A DNA stretch of 64,000 bases from NCBI GenBank assembly GCA_038246475.1, contig JBBRVX010000001.1:16501-80500 (forward strand), in the 5' to 3' direction. The notes beneath the pieces are model-generated. The model was not told the origin of the DNA, made no database searches, and saw nothing but the letters and a program-made list of their open reading frames with translations. This DNA comes from Thermomicrobiales bacterium (GTDB lineage Bacteria > Chloroflexota > Chloroflexia > Thermomicrobiales > UBA6265). Shown here piece by piece: positions 27,768 to 37,743 of this stretch (within the stretch, counting starts at the first letter, position 1; every line of letters begins with the position of its first letter). Both the position numbers and the translations under genes were made by a program.

Positions 27768-29564
27768 ATGATGATTGGCGATCTTCACCTGGGTCGGTTA
27801 CGCAATCTGATCGGTATCCTCGGTCTGGTGCTGCTGGCAGGCGCCGGCATCGCGCCGCCCGCTGCTGCCCAGGTCGATCCGCTCGTCCTGGGCCACGCCG
27901 TCGATGCCACGGTGCAGCTCTCGATCGTCGTGCGCGGCGAAGTCGACGGCAAGGCGCAGACGATCTGGTACGCCGTGGGCACGGGATCGATCGTCTCGCC
28001 GGACGGGCTGATCCTGACCAATCATCATCTGATTACCCCGGCCGGCGTTGGCGATAAACTGGCGGAGCTGGAGCAACAGCTCGCGGCCGAAGGGAAGAGC
28101 GCCGAGCTGCACGTCGATCCCGAACGCTTCATGGTGGCTATCTCCGATGGAAGACACCTCCCAGAGCCGCGCTACCTGGCCGGGGTGGTGGAGAGCGATC
28201 CCGACCTCGACCTGGCCGTGCTGCGGATCGACAGCGATGAGCGCGGCGAGCTCGTCGATCCCTCCACCCTCGACCTCCCCGCCATGACCCTGGGCAGCTC
28301 CGACGCCATGAACCTGGGCGAACCCGTTCACGTTTTCGGCTTCCCGGGCATCGGCAGCGGGTCGCTGACCTACACCCTCGGCATCGTCAGCGGCTTCCTG
28401 TTCGAGGAGGAAATCGATGGCACCGCCTGGATCAACACCGATGCGGTGACCTCTGGCGGCAACTCTGGCGGCGCGGCGCTCAATGATGCCGGGGAGCTGA
28501 TCGGCATTCCCACCTCCGGCTCGGAGCTCGACTGTCGCGCCGGCGACACAAACCGGGACGGCGTGATCGGTCCTGAGGATGTGGGCTGCTTGCCGACTGG
28601 CGGCTCGCTCACCCAGTTGCGGCCGATCGACCTAGCCAAGCCGCTGCTCGCCTCCGTCGATGCCTCCATTGCCGCCGGCATCGGCGCCGCGGCCGAGGCC
28701 GCCCTCACCCCGGAGGTGGACGATCTCACCGCCAGCCTCGCCGCGGCTGAGGGCTGCGCGGCCCGCGGCGACTGGCGCTGCGCCGCGAACTTCTACCTCG
28801 ACGCCCTTTCTCGCGCCCCGGAGGATGCGGCCATCCTCGGCTCGCTCTACGACGCCTACCTCCAGCTCGGCCGTCAGGAAGCCGCCGCTGGCCGGCTCGA
28901 TTCCGCGCGGTCGGCCTTTTCCGGCGCGATCGCGACCGATCCGACCCGGGCCGACGCGGCCGCCGATCTGGCCCGCATTGCGCCCTATCGCCGCGCCATG
29001 CTGCTGGACAGCTTCGATGGCACGAAGCATTTCGTGGAAACCAGCGATGGCGAATCGACCAGCGCCTATGAAGATGGGACGTTCGTCCTGGAAATCACCC
29101 GGCCGGGTCTCGTGTCGGGCTATCCGCTCACGAACGAGCCGCTGGCGGGAGAGAACTTCGCGGCGCTGCTTCGCATCAGCGAAGCGAAGGGCGATGGCAT
29201 GGTCACGGTCGAGACCCATTCCGATCCCGCCGGGGAGCAGTACGTCTTTGCGGTCGATGCCCAAGCGCAGACGTGGGAAGTGCTCCAGTTCGATACGGAT
29301 AATGCGCAGTTCATGCCCTGGGCCGGACCCTTCCCGTACGGAAGCGGGGAGGATCCCTCATCGCTGGAGAGCGTCGAGTTGCGGGTGACGGACGGCTTTC
29401 CGATCCTGCTGGTCAACGGAGTTGATGTGGCGGCCGCGGCCGGGACCCCGCTGCCGGAGATCGGCAATGAGGGCGAGCTCAGCTTCGGCGCGCTGATGGC
29501 ATCGGAAGGGGTGGCGCCGTTTCGCGTCTCGTTTGACGAGATTGCCCTCTACGAACTGGACTAG
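27768..29564 (+). CDS. Secreted trypsin-like (S1/HtrA-like) serine protease with a TPR-like middle region and an uncharacterised C-terminal domain
   Basis: Signal/anchor LIGILGLVLLAGAGIAPPAAA. Catalytic His (LTNHHL), Asp (DLAVLRI) and Ser (TSGGNSGGAAL). Followed by Ala-rich helical repeats and about 200 aa of unknown sequence. Confidence 0.75.
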   Translation: MMIGDLHLGRLRNLIGILGLVLLAGAGIAPPAAAQVDPLVLGHAVDATVQLSIVVRGEVDGKAQTIWYAVGTGSIVSPDGLILTNHHLITPAGVGDKLAELEQQLAAEGKSAELHVDPERFMVAISDGRHLPEPRYLAGVVESDPDLDLAVLRIDSDERGELVDPSTLDLPAMTLGSSDAMNLGEPVHVFGFPGIGSGSLTYTLGIVSGFLFEEEIDGTAWINTDAVTSGGNSGGAALNDAGELIGIPTSGSELDCRAGDTNRDGVIGPEDVGCLPTGGSLTQLRPIDLAKPLLASVDASIAAGIGAAAEAALTPEVDDLTASLAAAEGCAARGDWRCAANFYLDALSRAPEDAAILGSLYDAYLQLGRQEAAAGRLDSARSAFSGAIATDPTRADAAADLARIAPYRRAMLLDSFDGTKHFVETSDGESTSAYEDGTFVLEITRPGLVSGYPLTNEPLAGENFAALLRISEAKGDGMVTVETHSDPAGEQYVFAVDAQAQTWEVLQFDTDNAQFMPWAGPFPYGSGEDPSSLESVELRVTDGFPILLVNGVDVAAAAGTPLPEIGNEGELSFGALMASEGVAPFRVSFDEIALYELD

Positions 29565-29665
29565 AGAATCCAGAGGGCATTTCATGCTGCCATAATGCAT
29601 TCCGCGTGATACTCCCCATACTCGATGCCATGGTTTCGGCTGTCTGGAAAAAGGGAGCGTTTCCC

Positions 29666-32600
29666 ATGCGCCGTTCTCGAACTTCCGCCATTTTGTATGC
29701 ACTCGCTTTGACGTTCACCCTGATCGTGCCCACGCCGGCGCTGCTTGGGGTGACACCCGCGCGGGCACAAGACACAACGCCGGAGGCCATTGGCTCAACA
29801 GGCTCCCCGGTAATCCTGTTTGCCGCGCCAGGGATGGCGCCGGAAGCAATCGACGCGCTCGCCGCCGAAGGGGTGTTGCCGGCGCTCTCCGGCTTGCTGG
29901 ACGGCGCTCAGGGCAGCTTCCTCGCGCCATTTCCGGCGGGAACAAGCACGATGCTGCCAACGCTGCTCTCGGGAACGTGGCCGGCTGAGCACGGGATCGT
30001 GGGGGAGACCTTCTACCGCACGGGCTCGCCCGACTTCGCCGACACGGCAACCTGGAGCGATCCCGGCCTGATCCAGGCGGACACCTTGCCGCAAGCCGCC
30101 GAGCGCGCGGGGAAGTCGGTCGTCGCCATTGGCTGGGACGGAGCGGCCGGACTCGATCCAGCGCTCGCCGGTCCTGTAGTCGGCGAGGCCATGCCATTCT
30201 CCCAGGCGGGTCTCCTGACGAGCAGCGAGCTGGGCGAACAGGCAGCGATGGCCGCGGCGCGAGGTGTAGCCTATGAAGCGATCGCGTTGGAGCCGGCGGA
30301 GGGGTGGAGCGCCGCGCCGGAATCGTACTCTCCGGCTCAGGAAGCCGAGTTGACGGTTCGTTCGCTCGATGCGAACGGCGCGAATCCGAACCGCACGTTC
30401 GCGATCTACATCTACGATTCGACTGACGACGCGGCCACAAACTACGACCGCGTCCTCGTGGCCCCTGACAAGCTGGCGGCGGACGAAGGCGTGGAGCTCA
30501 GCGAAGGGGCATGGGCCTCGCTGCCCGTCGAGCTGAATGGGGATCGTGAGAGCGAAACGGCAGGCTTCTGGCTCAAGGCGATCACGCTAACGCCCGATCT
30601 GAGTGATTTCGGGCTCTACTACACCCCCATCAGCCGCTATCGCGCCACCTGGCTCGACTGCGGCGAGCGGCCGGAATGCGCGCAACCGGGTGGCTTCGAG
30701 GAGTATCTCAACGAGGCTGTCGGCCCTGCCCTCGCCATCGATGCCTCATCCCTGGCAGCGGGCCTCATCGACGCCGCCACGTTCATGGCCCAAGGCACGA
30801 CCAGCGCCGAACAGAGCGCCGACGCGCTCCGGCTGATCGTGGAAGAGCTGGGCGTTCAGCCCGACCTCCTCTTGCTGGAGTCTTCGTTTCCCGAGGCGGT
30901 ATCACGTCAGTTTCCAGCGCTCTCATCAGAAAATGAAAGCGGCGGGGCGACTCCTGTCTCCGCTGGCAGCTCAGATTCTCTGATGGACGCAGAAGCATTC
31001 ACCCGGGAGGCCTATGCGGCGGCCGATCGCCTCCTCGCCGCCGGCCGCGAGCTGCTGGGCCCGGAGGTGACGACGCTAGCTGTCGCGTCCCGTGCATTCG
31101 AGGCGTCGACCCAGGTCGTCAACGCCGGCCAGCTTCTCGTGGACGCGGGACTGGCCGCGGTCCACCCGCCGGGCCAGGGGGGGCGGGGCGGGTTGCCCCC
31201 CCCGCCCGCCACCCCCGACCCCGAGGCGTTGCCGGTGGGACCGGCGGTAAAGGCATGTTGGTCGGGGGGCACGGCCCACATCTACCTCAATCTCGATGGC
31301 CGCGAAGCGGCGGGCTCCGTCCCTGAGGATGCCTACGTCGCCGCGGGCGATGCCATCGTCGCCGCGTTTGCCGATCTGGAAGATCCGGCCAACCCGGATG
31401 CGACGGTTGTCGCCGGCATCTACCGCAAGGAGGAGCTTCGCGACGTGGGCGGGGTGGACGCCTTGCACCCTAGCCGGAGCGGCGACGTGGTGGTCACGCT
31501 GGCGCCGCCCTATCGCTTCGGCGATCTGGAACCCGGCGTGCGCCTCGGCCCGGCCAGCACGGTCGGCAGCGGTGGCTACCTTGCCCCGGCTGACAGCGGC
31601 CTCCTTCTGGCGGATGGCCCCGCCATCGCCGACGGCGCCACCCACGATGCACGGGCCATCGACGTCGCGCCGACAGCGGCCTTTCTGCTCGGCGTGCCCG
31701 GCCCCTACAACGCGAGTGGAGAGATTCTCCTCGACGCGCTGACAGCAGGCCCCGTGCTCCGCGCGGTCACGTTGCTCGACATCAGCGACTTTCACGGCCA
31801 GCTCCCGCCGCTCACCGCTCGCGCTGATGACATCGCCGCCGACGGCGCGGTCAACTCGTCGTACGACGTGGGCGGCGTGGCCGTCCTCGGTCCCTGGTTC
31901 CATCGCTATCGGGAGCAAGCGAACGGCGACGTGCTCCTGGTCACGGCTGGTGATGCGGTGGGGGCCACGCCGCCGATCTCGAACGCGTTTTGCGACCTGC
32001 CGACCATAGAGGTCATGAACGCGCTGGGTTTCACCGCCGACGCGCTGGGCAACCACAACTTCGACGCTGGCGCCGACTATATGTTCGGCGCCCTTGCGCC
32101 AGTCGCCGAGTTTCCCTACCTCTCTGCCAACCTCGTCTTGGGCCGGCCTGATCTGGCCACGCCAGGGGTGGGAGCCGCCCCGTTCCAGCCATCTCTCCTG
32201 CTAGAGCTTGGTGGCGTGAGCGTTGGGCTGGTCGGCTTCTCGAATCCCGATATTCCGCGTCTGACGCGGCCGGGGGCGCTCGATCCCTACCGGGTCATCG
32301 ATCCCGTGCAGCCGGTCAACGAGGAGGCCGCGCGGCTGCGCGAGCAGGGCGCCGACGTGGTCATCGCCATGGGTCACATGGGCGCCACCGGCGGCACGCT
32401 GACCGAGCCCACCGGCCCGGTTGTCGACCTGGCTGACCAGCTCGAGGGCGTGGATGTTGTCGTTGGCGACCACACCGACGTGCAAGTCGCCGCGATCCGC
32501 CCCAACGGCGTCCTGCTCGTCGAAAATCGGTCGAAGGGGGTCATGTTTACCCGCGTTACCCTCGTCGTTGATAGTGAATCAGGCGAGTTGGTCTATGGCG

Positions 32601-33403
32601 CCGCCGATTACCATCGCCCCTGGGTCATCGGCGTCACGCCGGACCCGGAAATGGTCGAGCGTCTCGACGCGCTGGAAGCCGAGCTGGCTCCCACCCTGGG
32701 GCGGGTGATCGGCTCTGCCGCGCAACCGATTCTCCGCTCTGATTCGTGCGGTATGGAGACCGGGCGCACCTGCGAGTCGCTGGTCGGCAATGTCATTACT
32801 GACGCCATGCGCACCACGTACGGTGTCGATTTCGCGATCACGAACTCGGGCGGGATTCGTGCTGAATTGACCTGTCCGGCGGACAGCGGCGAATTCTGCC
32901 CGACCGACGATCGCCCCAACCAGATCACCGAAGGACAGGTGCTGACCGTCCTTCCCTTTGGCAATGTGGCGGTCACGCTCGACGTCACTGGCGCGGAACT
33001 GAAGGCAATGCTCGAAGCGGGGATTTCCTTCATGCCCGAACCATCGGGCGCGTTTCCGCAGGTCTCCGGCTTTTGCTTCACCTACGATCTCGAGGCCGAA
33101 CCGGGCAGCCGGGTCACCGCCGCGGTGCGGCAAGCAGCGGACGGCTCGTGCAGCGGAGAGGCGATCGACTTCAGCGACGCATCGACCTACACCCTGGCCA
33201 CCAACGACTTCACTGCCTCGGGTGGCGATGGCTACCCCGATCTCCTCTCGCGGGCGAACTCGCGAGATGTGCTCGCCTCGGTGGTCGCGTCATACATCGC
33301 CGCTGAATCGCCGTTGACACTGCCAGGCGCGCCGCTCGACCCAGCGATTGAAGGGCGGATTACCTGCGCAGGGGAAGGCTGCCCGTCGCCCGTGGGGGAT
33401 TGA
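29666..33403 (+). CDS. Secreted fusion protein: N-terminal type I phosphodiesterase/nucleotide pyrophosphatase (AlkP superfamily) plus C-terminal UshA-like metallophosphatase/5'-nucleotidase
   Basis: Signal peptide MRRSRTSAILYALALTFTLIVPTPA. FPAGTSTMLPTLLSGTWPAEHGIVGETFY is NPP-like. LLDISDFHGQL and GDAVGATPP..MNALGFTADALGNHNFD are metallophosphatase motifs. The C-terminus VLPFGN..LATNDFTASGGDGY is a 5'-nucleotidase C-domain. Confidence 0.8.
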   Translation: MRRSRTSAILYALALTFTLIVPTPALLGVTPARAQDTTPEAIGSTGSPVILFAAPGMAPEAIDALAAEGVLPALSGLLDGAQGSFLAPFPAGTSTMLPTLLSGTWPAEHGIVGETFYRTGSPDFADTATWSDPGLIQADTLPQAAERAGKSVVAIGWDGAAGLDPALAGPVVGEAMPFSQAGLLTSSELGEQAAMAAARGVAYEAIALEPAEGWSAAPESYSPAQEAELTVRSLDANGANPNRTFAIYIYDSTDDAATNYDRVLVAPDKLAADEGVELSEGAWASLPVELNGDRESETAGFWLKAITLTPDLSDFGLYYTPISRYRATWLDCGERPECAQPGGFEEYLNEAVGPALAIDASSLAAGLIDAATFMAQGTTSAEQSADALRLIVEELGVQPDLLLLESSFPEAVSRQFPALSSENESGGATPVSAGSSDSLMDAEAFTREAYAAADRLLAAGRELLGPEVTTLAVASRAFEASTQVVNAGQLLVDAGLAAVHPPGQGGRGGLPPPPATPDPEALPVGPAVKACWSGGTAHIYLNLDGREAAGSVPEDAYVAAGDAIVAAFADLEDPANPDATVVAGIYRKEELRDVGGVDALHPSRSGDVVVTLAPPYRFGDLEPGVRLGPASTVGSGGYLAPADSGLLLADGPAIADGATHDARAIDVAPTAAFLLGVPGPYNASGEILLDALTAGPVLRAVTLLDISDFHGQLPPLTARADDIAADGAVNSSYDVGGVAVLGPWFHRYREQANGDVLLVTAGDAVGATPPISNAFCDLPTIEVMNALGFTADALGNHNFDAGADYMFGALAPVAEFPYLSANLVLGRPDLATPGVGAAPFQPSLLLELGGVSVGLVGFSNPDIPRLTRPGALDPYRVIDPVQPVNEEAARLREQGADVVIAMGHMGATGGTLTEPTGPVVDLADQLEGVDVVVGDHTDVQVAAIRPNGVLLVENRSKGVMFTRVTLVVDSESGELVYGAADYHRPWVIGVTPDPEMVERLDALEAELAPTLGRVIGSAAQPILRSDSCGMETGRTCESLVGNVITDAMRTTYGVDFAITNSGGIRAELTCPADSGEFCPTDDRPNQITEGQVLTVLPFGNVAVTLDVTGAELKAMLEAGISFMPEPSGAFPQVSGFCFTYDLEAEPGSRVTAAVRQAADGSCSGEAIDFSDASTYTLATNDFTASGGDGYPDLLSRANSRDVLASVVASYIAAESPLTLPGAPLDPAIEGRITCAGEGCPSPVGD

Positions 33404-33640
33404 GTGGTCAGTCAGAGCAACGTAGCCTGGCATGACGTTGGCCAGGAGGAGCGTCGCGGCCGGTGTCGCGAGGGGATAAATCCCCCGGCTGGAAGGACGG
33501 AAGCACCCTGATGATGTTTGCCTTTTAAATCCGGACACCGTCGGATCGATTGGAGCGCTGCCAAGGCGGGGATGCGAGCAGACCGAGGTGTCCGCATCTA
33601 TAAAGCAATCGCTATAAGGGCGCTGAACGGGACGGGGGGG

Positions 33641-33661
33641 AACGGCGGGATGCCGTTTTTT
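33641..33661 (+). terminator. Intrinsic terminator-like hairpin with a T6 tract
   Basis: AACGGC-GGGAT-GCCGTT followed by TTTTTT, about 240 nt after the phosphodiesterase stop. Confidence 0.5.
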
Positions 33662-33739
33662 ACGCGATGGCGGAACACTTTCGCCCGGCAGGGAAGTGCG
33701 AAGATCACACCGGGGGATTAGCACCTCAGGAAACGGCGC

Positions 33740-34279
33740 TCAGCCCTTCTCCCGTAGGCGTTCGACCCCGCGCAGCAGCATGAGCAGAGCGGCCTCGGTG
33801 GCCGCGCCGGTGACAACGGCGCGATTACCGGGGAAGTGGAACTCCTCGCTCGCGACGCCATCGGGGGTGGCCAGGGCAATGTAGACCAGTCCGACCGGCT
33901 TGCGCGCGGTGGCGCCGCCCGGGCCGGCAATCCCCGTGGTGGACACCGCCAGATCAACCCCGAACGCGCGCCGAGCCCCTGCGGCCATTTCGCGCGCGCA
34001 CTCCGCGCTCACCGCCCCCCGGGTATCGAGCGTCTCTTGCGAAACGCCGAGTAATGTCGCCTTTGCCGCGTTGGAGTAAGCGACGATTCCGCCCAGAAAG
34101 TAGTCGGAGGAGCCAGCGATAGAGGTGATCCGCGCGGCGACGCCGCCCCCGGTGCACGACTCGGCCGTGGCGAGCGTCATGCGTTGCTGCACCTCGCCGG
34201 GCGCGGCCAGGAGCTCGTTGATCCGCGCCTCGGCCGTGAGCTCGATGTGCGCCCCTGGCGGGCTCTGTTGCTCCTCCAT
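33740..34279 (-). CDS. pncC: CinA C-terminal domain/nicotinamide-nucleotide amidohydrolase (PncC-like)
   Basis: LATAESCTGGGVAARITSIAGSSDYFLGGIVAYSN and VSTTGIAGPGG motifs. Start at MEEQQS. Confidence 0.85.
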   Translation of the reverse strand: MEEQQSPPGAHIELTAEARINELLAAPGEVQQRMTLATAESCTGGGVAARITSIAGSSDYFLGGIVAYSNAAKATLLGVSQETLDTRGAVSAECAREMAAGARRAFGVDLAVSTTGIAGPGGATARKPVGLVYIALATPDGVASEEFHFPGNRAVVTGAATEAALLMLLRGVERLREKG

Positions 34280-34357
34280 ATGATCTCCGATCGGGCCAAT
34301 GGGCGACGAAAGACAAAGCATAAGGGACGACTCTGATCGTGACCGGAGAGATGCCGG

Positions 34358-35461
34358 TTACGTCGGATCGGGCACGATGTGGACATCTGCGGGCGGGAAG
34401 GAGACGATCGCGCAATCACCGATCGCCCAACGTGTTTCACAAACATCCCACGCTGCGAGCGCGACGATGTGCGCGGGCGTCGCGACGACGAGTTGGGCGC
34501 CCGATGGCCGGGCCATCACCCCCGTTACTCTGCCCGGCAGCGCGTTTGCTCCACGCGGTCCGTTGCTCCCGGGGCGAAACGCGCGTGTCGCCCCGGCCGG
34601 AAGTGTCACCGTGACGTGGTCCCCCGGGCGCAGCAACGTCCCGGCGGGAATGCTCGCTCGAAGAGAAGCGCCGCGAGCGCCATCAATTTCCAGGCGAGTC
34701 TCGCGGCCTTCGATTCCGGCCACCCGTGCCCGCAGGATCGTCTCGATGCCGAGCAGCTCGGCGACCCGGCGCGTTGGCGGCCGGGCGATCAGCTCCTGCG
34801 CGTCCCCGCGGGCGATGATGTGGCCCATTTCCATCACGGCGATGCGGTCGGCGAAGGCGAACGCCTCGTGCAGATCGTGCGTAACCAGCAGGGCCGCGGC
34901 GCGCGTGTCGTTCAGCATGGCGCGTAACGCGGGAAGCAGGCTGGCCCGCGTCGGCGCATCGAGCGCGCTGAAGGGCTCGTCCAACAGAAGAACAGCCGGG
35001 TCGGTCGAGAAGGCGCGCGCCAGGGCCACGCGGCTCGCTTCGCCCCCGGATAACGAGCGGGCTTTGCGATCCGCCAGCCCTTGCACGCCGAACCACTCCA
35101 ACCAGAGCCCAGCCCGGCGCTCCGCCACGGCCCGCGGCTCTCCCTGAAAGCGAAGGCCCGCCGCGGCGTTTGCCATCACGCTGGCATCAAAGAGAATGGG
35201 CTCCTGAAACACCACGGAAAGCGATCGTCGCAACGCGGCCGCGTTCTTGCCCGTGGCGATCGTTTCGTTGATCGTTACGATTCCCGCGTCTGGCGGCCGC
35301 AGCAGCGCGGCAAGGTGCAGAAGCGTCGATTTGCCGGCCCCATTGGGACCAATCAGGGCGATCGTTTCTCCGGCCGCGACCACAAACTCGGGAACGTCCA
35401 GAATGACCTGCCCGGCGGCGCGGGCGATGACGCCCGAGAACTGAATGATTGCCGAGGTCAT
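34358..35461 (-). CDS. tupC: ABC transporter ATPase with a C-terminal TOBE/Mop-like domain (tungstate/molybdate type)
   Basis: Walker A GPNGAGKST, signature LSGGEASRV, Walker B LLLDEP. A C-terminal OB-like part of about 120 aa. ATGA overlap with the permease gene. Confidence 0.8.
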   Translation of the reverse strand: MTSAIIQFSGVIARAAGQVILDVPEFVVAAGETIALIGPNGAGKSTLLHLAALLRPPDAGIVTINETIATGKNAAALRRSLSVVFQEPILFDASVMANAAAGLRFQGEPRAVAERRAGLWLEWFGVQGLADRKARSLSGGEASRVALARAFSTDPAVLLLDEPFSALDAPTRASLLPALRAMLNDTRAAALLVTHDLHEAFAFADRIAVMEMGHIIARGDAQELIARPPTRRVAELLGIETILRARVAGIEGRETRLEIDGARGASLRASIPAGTLLRPGDHVTVTLPAGATRAFRPGSNGPRGANALPGRVTGVMARPSGAQLVVATPAHIVALAAWDVCETRWAIGDCAIVSFPPADVHIVPDPT

Positions 35462-36162
35462 CGCCGCGCGGGCTGCTGCTGGCGGCCCAGGAACGCCAGC
35501 GACACCGTCACCAGATAGGTCAGGCCGAGCAACACGAATGAGAGGGCGAAGGCGGTCTGGAAGTGACCCCGGCTGACCTCTAGCACGGTGGCGGTGGTCA
35601 GCACGCGCGTTTCCCCTTTGATGTTGCCTCCGACCATGATCGCCGCGCCGACCTCGGAGATGACCGCGCCGAAGCCGGCGATGACTGCCGCGACCAATGG
35701 CAGCCGTGCTTCACGCAGCAGCCACCAGATGGTCTGCGCGCGCCCCGCGCCGAGGGCCAGAAGTTGCAATCGATAGCGCGGATCAAGGGCGTTCATTGCC
35801 GCAAACGTCAATCCAGCCACGATCGGCGTGGCGATCAGCGCCTGGGCCCCGATCATCGCCGTTGGCGTATAGAGCAGCCCCATGGCTCCCAGCGGACCGT
35901 TGCGCCAGAGAAAGAGGCTGACAATCAGGCCGGCGACAATCGGCGGTAGTCCCATTCCGGCATAGACTGCTCCCACCGCCAGCGAACGGCCACGAAATCG
36001 AGCAAGCGCCAGCATGGCCCCCGCGGGCACGCCGAGCAGGAGCGCGATCGCCGTCGCGGACAGGGAGACGCGCAGGGAAAGACTGATGATCGTCCAGACC
36101 TCGGGATTGCCGCCAAGGAGAAGCCCGGCCGCCTCGCCAAGACCGGAGGCGAGCTCATTCAT
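35458..36162 (-). CDS. tupB: ABC transporter permease (TupB-like)
   Basis: Five or six TM segments. VISEVGAAIMVGGNIKGETRVLTTA matches my recollection of TupB-type permeases. Flanked by tupA-like and tupC-like genes. Confidence 0.75.
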   Translation of the reverse strand: MNELASGLGEAAGLLLGGNPEVWTIISLSLRVSLSATAIALLLGVPAGAMLALARFRGRSLAVGAVYAGMGLPPIVAGLIVSLFLWRNGPLGAMGLLYTPTAMIGAQALIATPIVAGLTFAAMNALDPRYRLQLLALGAGRAQTIWWLLREARLPLVAAVIAGFGAVISEVGAAIMVGGNIKGETRVLTTATVLEVSRGHFQTAFALSFVLLGLTYLVTVSLAFLGRQQQPARR

Positions 36163-36182
36163 GACGAATCACGAGAAGGGGC

Positions 36183-37091
36183 TCATGGCGAAGGGGTCGC
36201 GATCGGCGTCGCGATCGTCTCGACGCCGCAGGAGTTGTCGCCACACGGCGTGAAGAGTGGCTCTCCGAACTCCTCTACCCCAAATCCGCCGATGAACTGC
36301 TGTGTCGCCGGTTCGAGCATGAAGTCGAGGAAGACGCGGCCGGCCTCGCTGTTGATGGCGGGGCTGTTCTCTGGATTGAGCAGGATGACGTGATAGATGT
36401 TCAGCAGGGCCGGATCGCCCTCGAAGAGAATCTCCAGCGCAAGCCGATCGCGCAATGAGAGAAATGTGCCGCGATCGCTGATCGTGTAACCATCCCGCTC
36501 GCTGGCGATGTTGAGCGTGTCGCCCATGCCCGTTCCCGATTCCGTGTACCACGCTCCGCCGGGGGTGATGCCGGCAGATTCCCAGAGCCGCTTTTCCAGC
36601 GCATGTGTGCCCGAGTCGTCACCCCGTGAGACGAAGACCGCGCCCGCATTGGCGATGCGGGTCATGGCATCAACCGAGGACGACGCCTCGGCCACCTGCG
36701 CCGGGTCGGACGGCGGCCCGACGATGATGAAATCGTTGTACATAATGGTGCGTCGTTCCGTCCCAAACCCCTCGTCCATGAAGGCTTGCTCGGCGGCCGG
36801 GGAGTGGACCAACAGCACGTCCGCTTCGCCCCGTTCGCCGAGCTCCAGGGCGGCGCCGGAGCCGACGGCAATCGGTTTCAAGGTAAGTCCCGTTTCCGCT
36901 AAAAAGCGCGGGGCAAGCGCATCGAGCAGACCAGAGTCGGCCGTTGAGGTTGTAGTTGCCAGGATGATTGAGCCACTGGGAGCGGGTGTTGACTCTTGAG
37001 CGAAAGCGGCAACTGCCGCCGCGCCGAGCAGGCCGAAAAAGAGTGCGACTGTGACCGCAAGGCTTCCGCGGCGGGACCAGAAGGATCGCAT
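36183..37091 (-). CDS. tupA: Periplasmic tungstate-binding protein (TupA-like)
   Basis: Signal peptide MRSFWSRRGSLAVTVALFFGLLGAAAVAAFA. ILATTTSTADSGLLDAL (TTTS anion-binding motif) and SRGDDSGTH. Confidence 0.75.
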   Translation of the reverse strand: MRSFWSRRGSLAVTVALFFGLLGAAAVAAFAQESTPAPSGSIILATTTSTADSGLLDALAPRFLAETGLTLKPIAVGSGAALELGERGEADVLLVHSPAAEQAFMDEGFGTERRTIMYNDFIIVGPPSDPAQVAEASSSVDAMTRIANAGAVFVSRGDDSGTHALEKRLWESAGITPGGAWYTESGTGMGDTLNIASERDGYTISDRGTFLSLRDRLALEILFEGDPALLNIYHVILLNPENSPAINSEAGRVFLDFMLEPATQQFIGGFGVEEFGEPLFTPCGDNSCGVETIATPIATPSP

Positions 37092-37148
37092 ATCACTTTT
37101 CCCCCATGGCGCGTACGGCACGATCGCGCATAACGCTGGCGCGGCGAG

Positions 37149-37526
37149 TCATTCCTGCTTACTCTCCCCGAACTCGGCGGCAAAGCGCCGGCCGACGACT
37201 TCCTGAATTCCGCTCGAAACGCGGCGAAACCGCCGGCAGAGGTCCTTCCCTTCAGGGGTGAGCCGGCTCCCTCCGCCATCCGCGCCGCCGCTCTCACTCT
37301 CCAGCAACCGTATCCCCAGTTCCGCCTCGGTCGCTTTCACTCGCTCCCAGGCGGTGCGATACGGCACGTCGAGCTTCTCCGCCGCGCGGCTCAGCGAGCC
37401 ATTGGCGTCGATCGCCTCCAGTAACTCGACTCGCCATTCGGAGAGCGCGACCTCGTCACCCCGTTCGATCCAGATCTTGGACCGCACTTCCAGCGGTTTT
37501 CGCGCTCGTTCGGTGTCGTCAAGCAT
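37149..37526 (-). CDS. ModE N-terminal-domain-like wHTH regulator (no Mop domains)
   Basis: NGSLSRAAEKLDVPYRTAWERV..ESGGADGGGSRLTPEG parallels E. coli ModE (GSISQGAKDAGISYKSAWDAI..ATGGKGGGGAVLT). Confidence 0.8.
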   Translation of the reverse strand: MLDDTERARKPLEVRSKIWIERGDEVALSEWRVELLEAIDANGSLSRAAEKLDVPYRTAWERVKATEAELGIRLLESESGGADGGGSRLTPEGKDLCRRFRRVSSGIQEVVGRRFAAEFGESKQE

Positions 37527-37743
37527 AACGGTTGGCCTATTCGATCAAAGACCTCAGGGCAGGAAGGGACGGTATCACACCGTTTTCGCGCGAGCAACCG
37601 GCGTCACGCCCGTTTTTGCCATCTTGACCGCATCTCCGCGTGTAGCAACGATGCATGCACACGACGAAGCGGGCGCTCGATTTCCGAATCCCCAACGTGG
37701 CGGATGGCCGGAGAATCGCATAAGCGTAAGAAGGAGATCGACG

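Noticed and set aside
33488-33510. GGCTGGAAGGACGGAAGCACC, reminiscent of the SRP RNA helix-8 GGAAGGAAGCAGC motif
   Set aside because: The match is broken by an insertion, and I could not build the complementary strand with the conserved AGCA/GGCAG loops.
33715-33745. TTAGCACCTCAGG half-site resembling CIRCE near the cinA-like stop
   Set aside because: The right arm (GCGCTCAGC) does not match GAGTGCTAA, and it lies at a gene 3' end rather than in a promoter.
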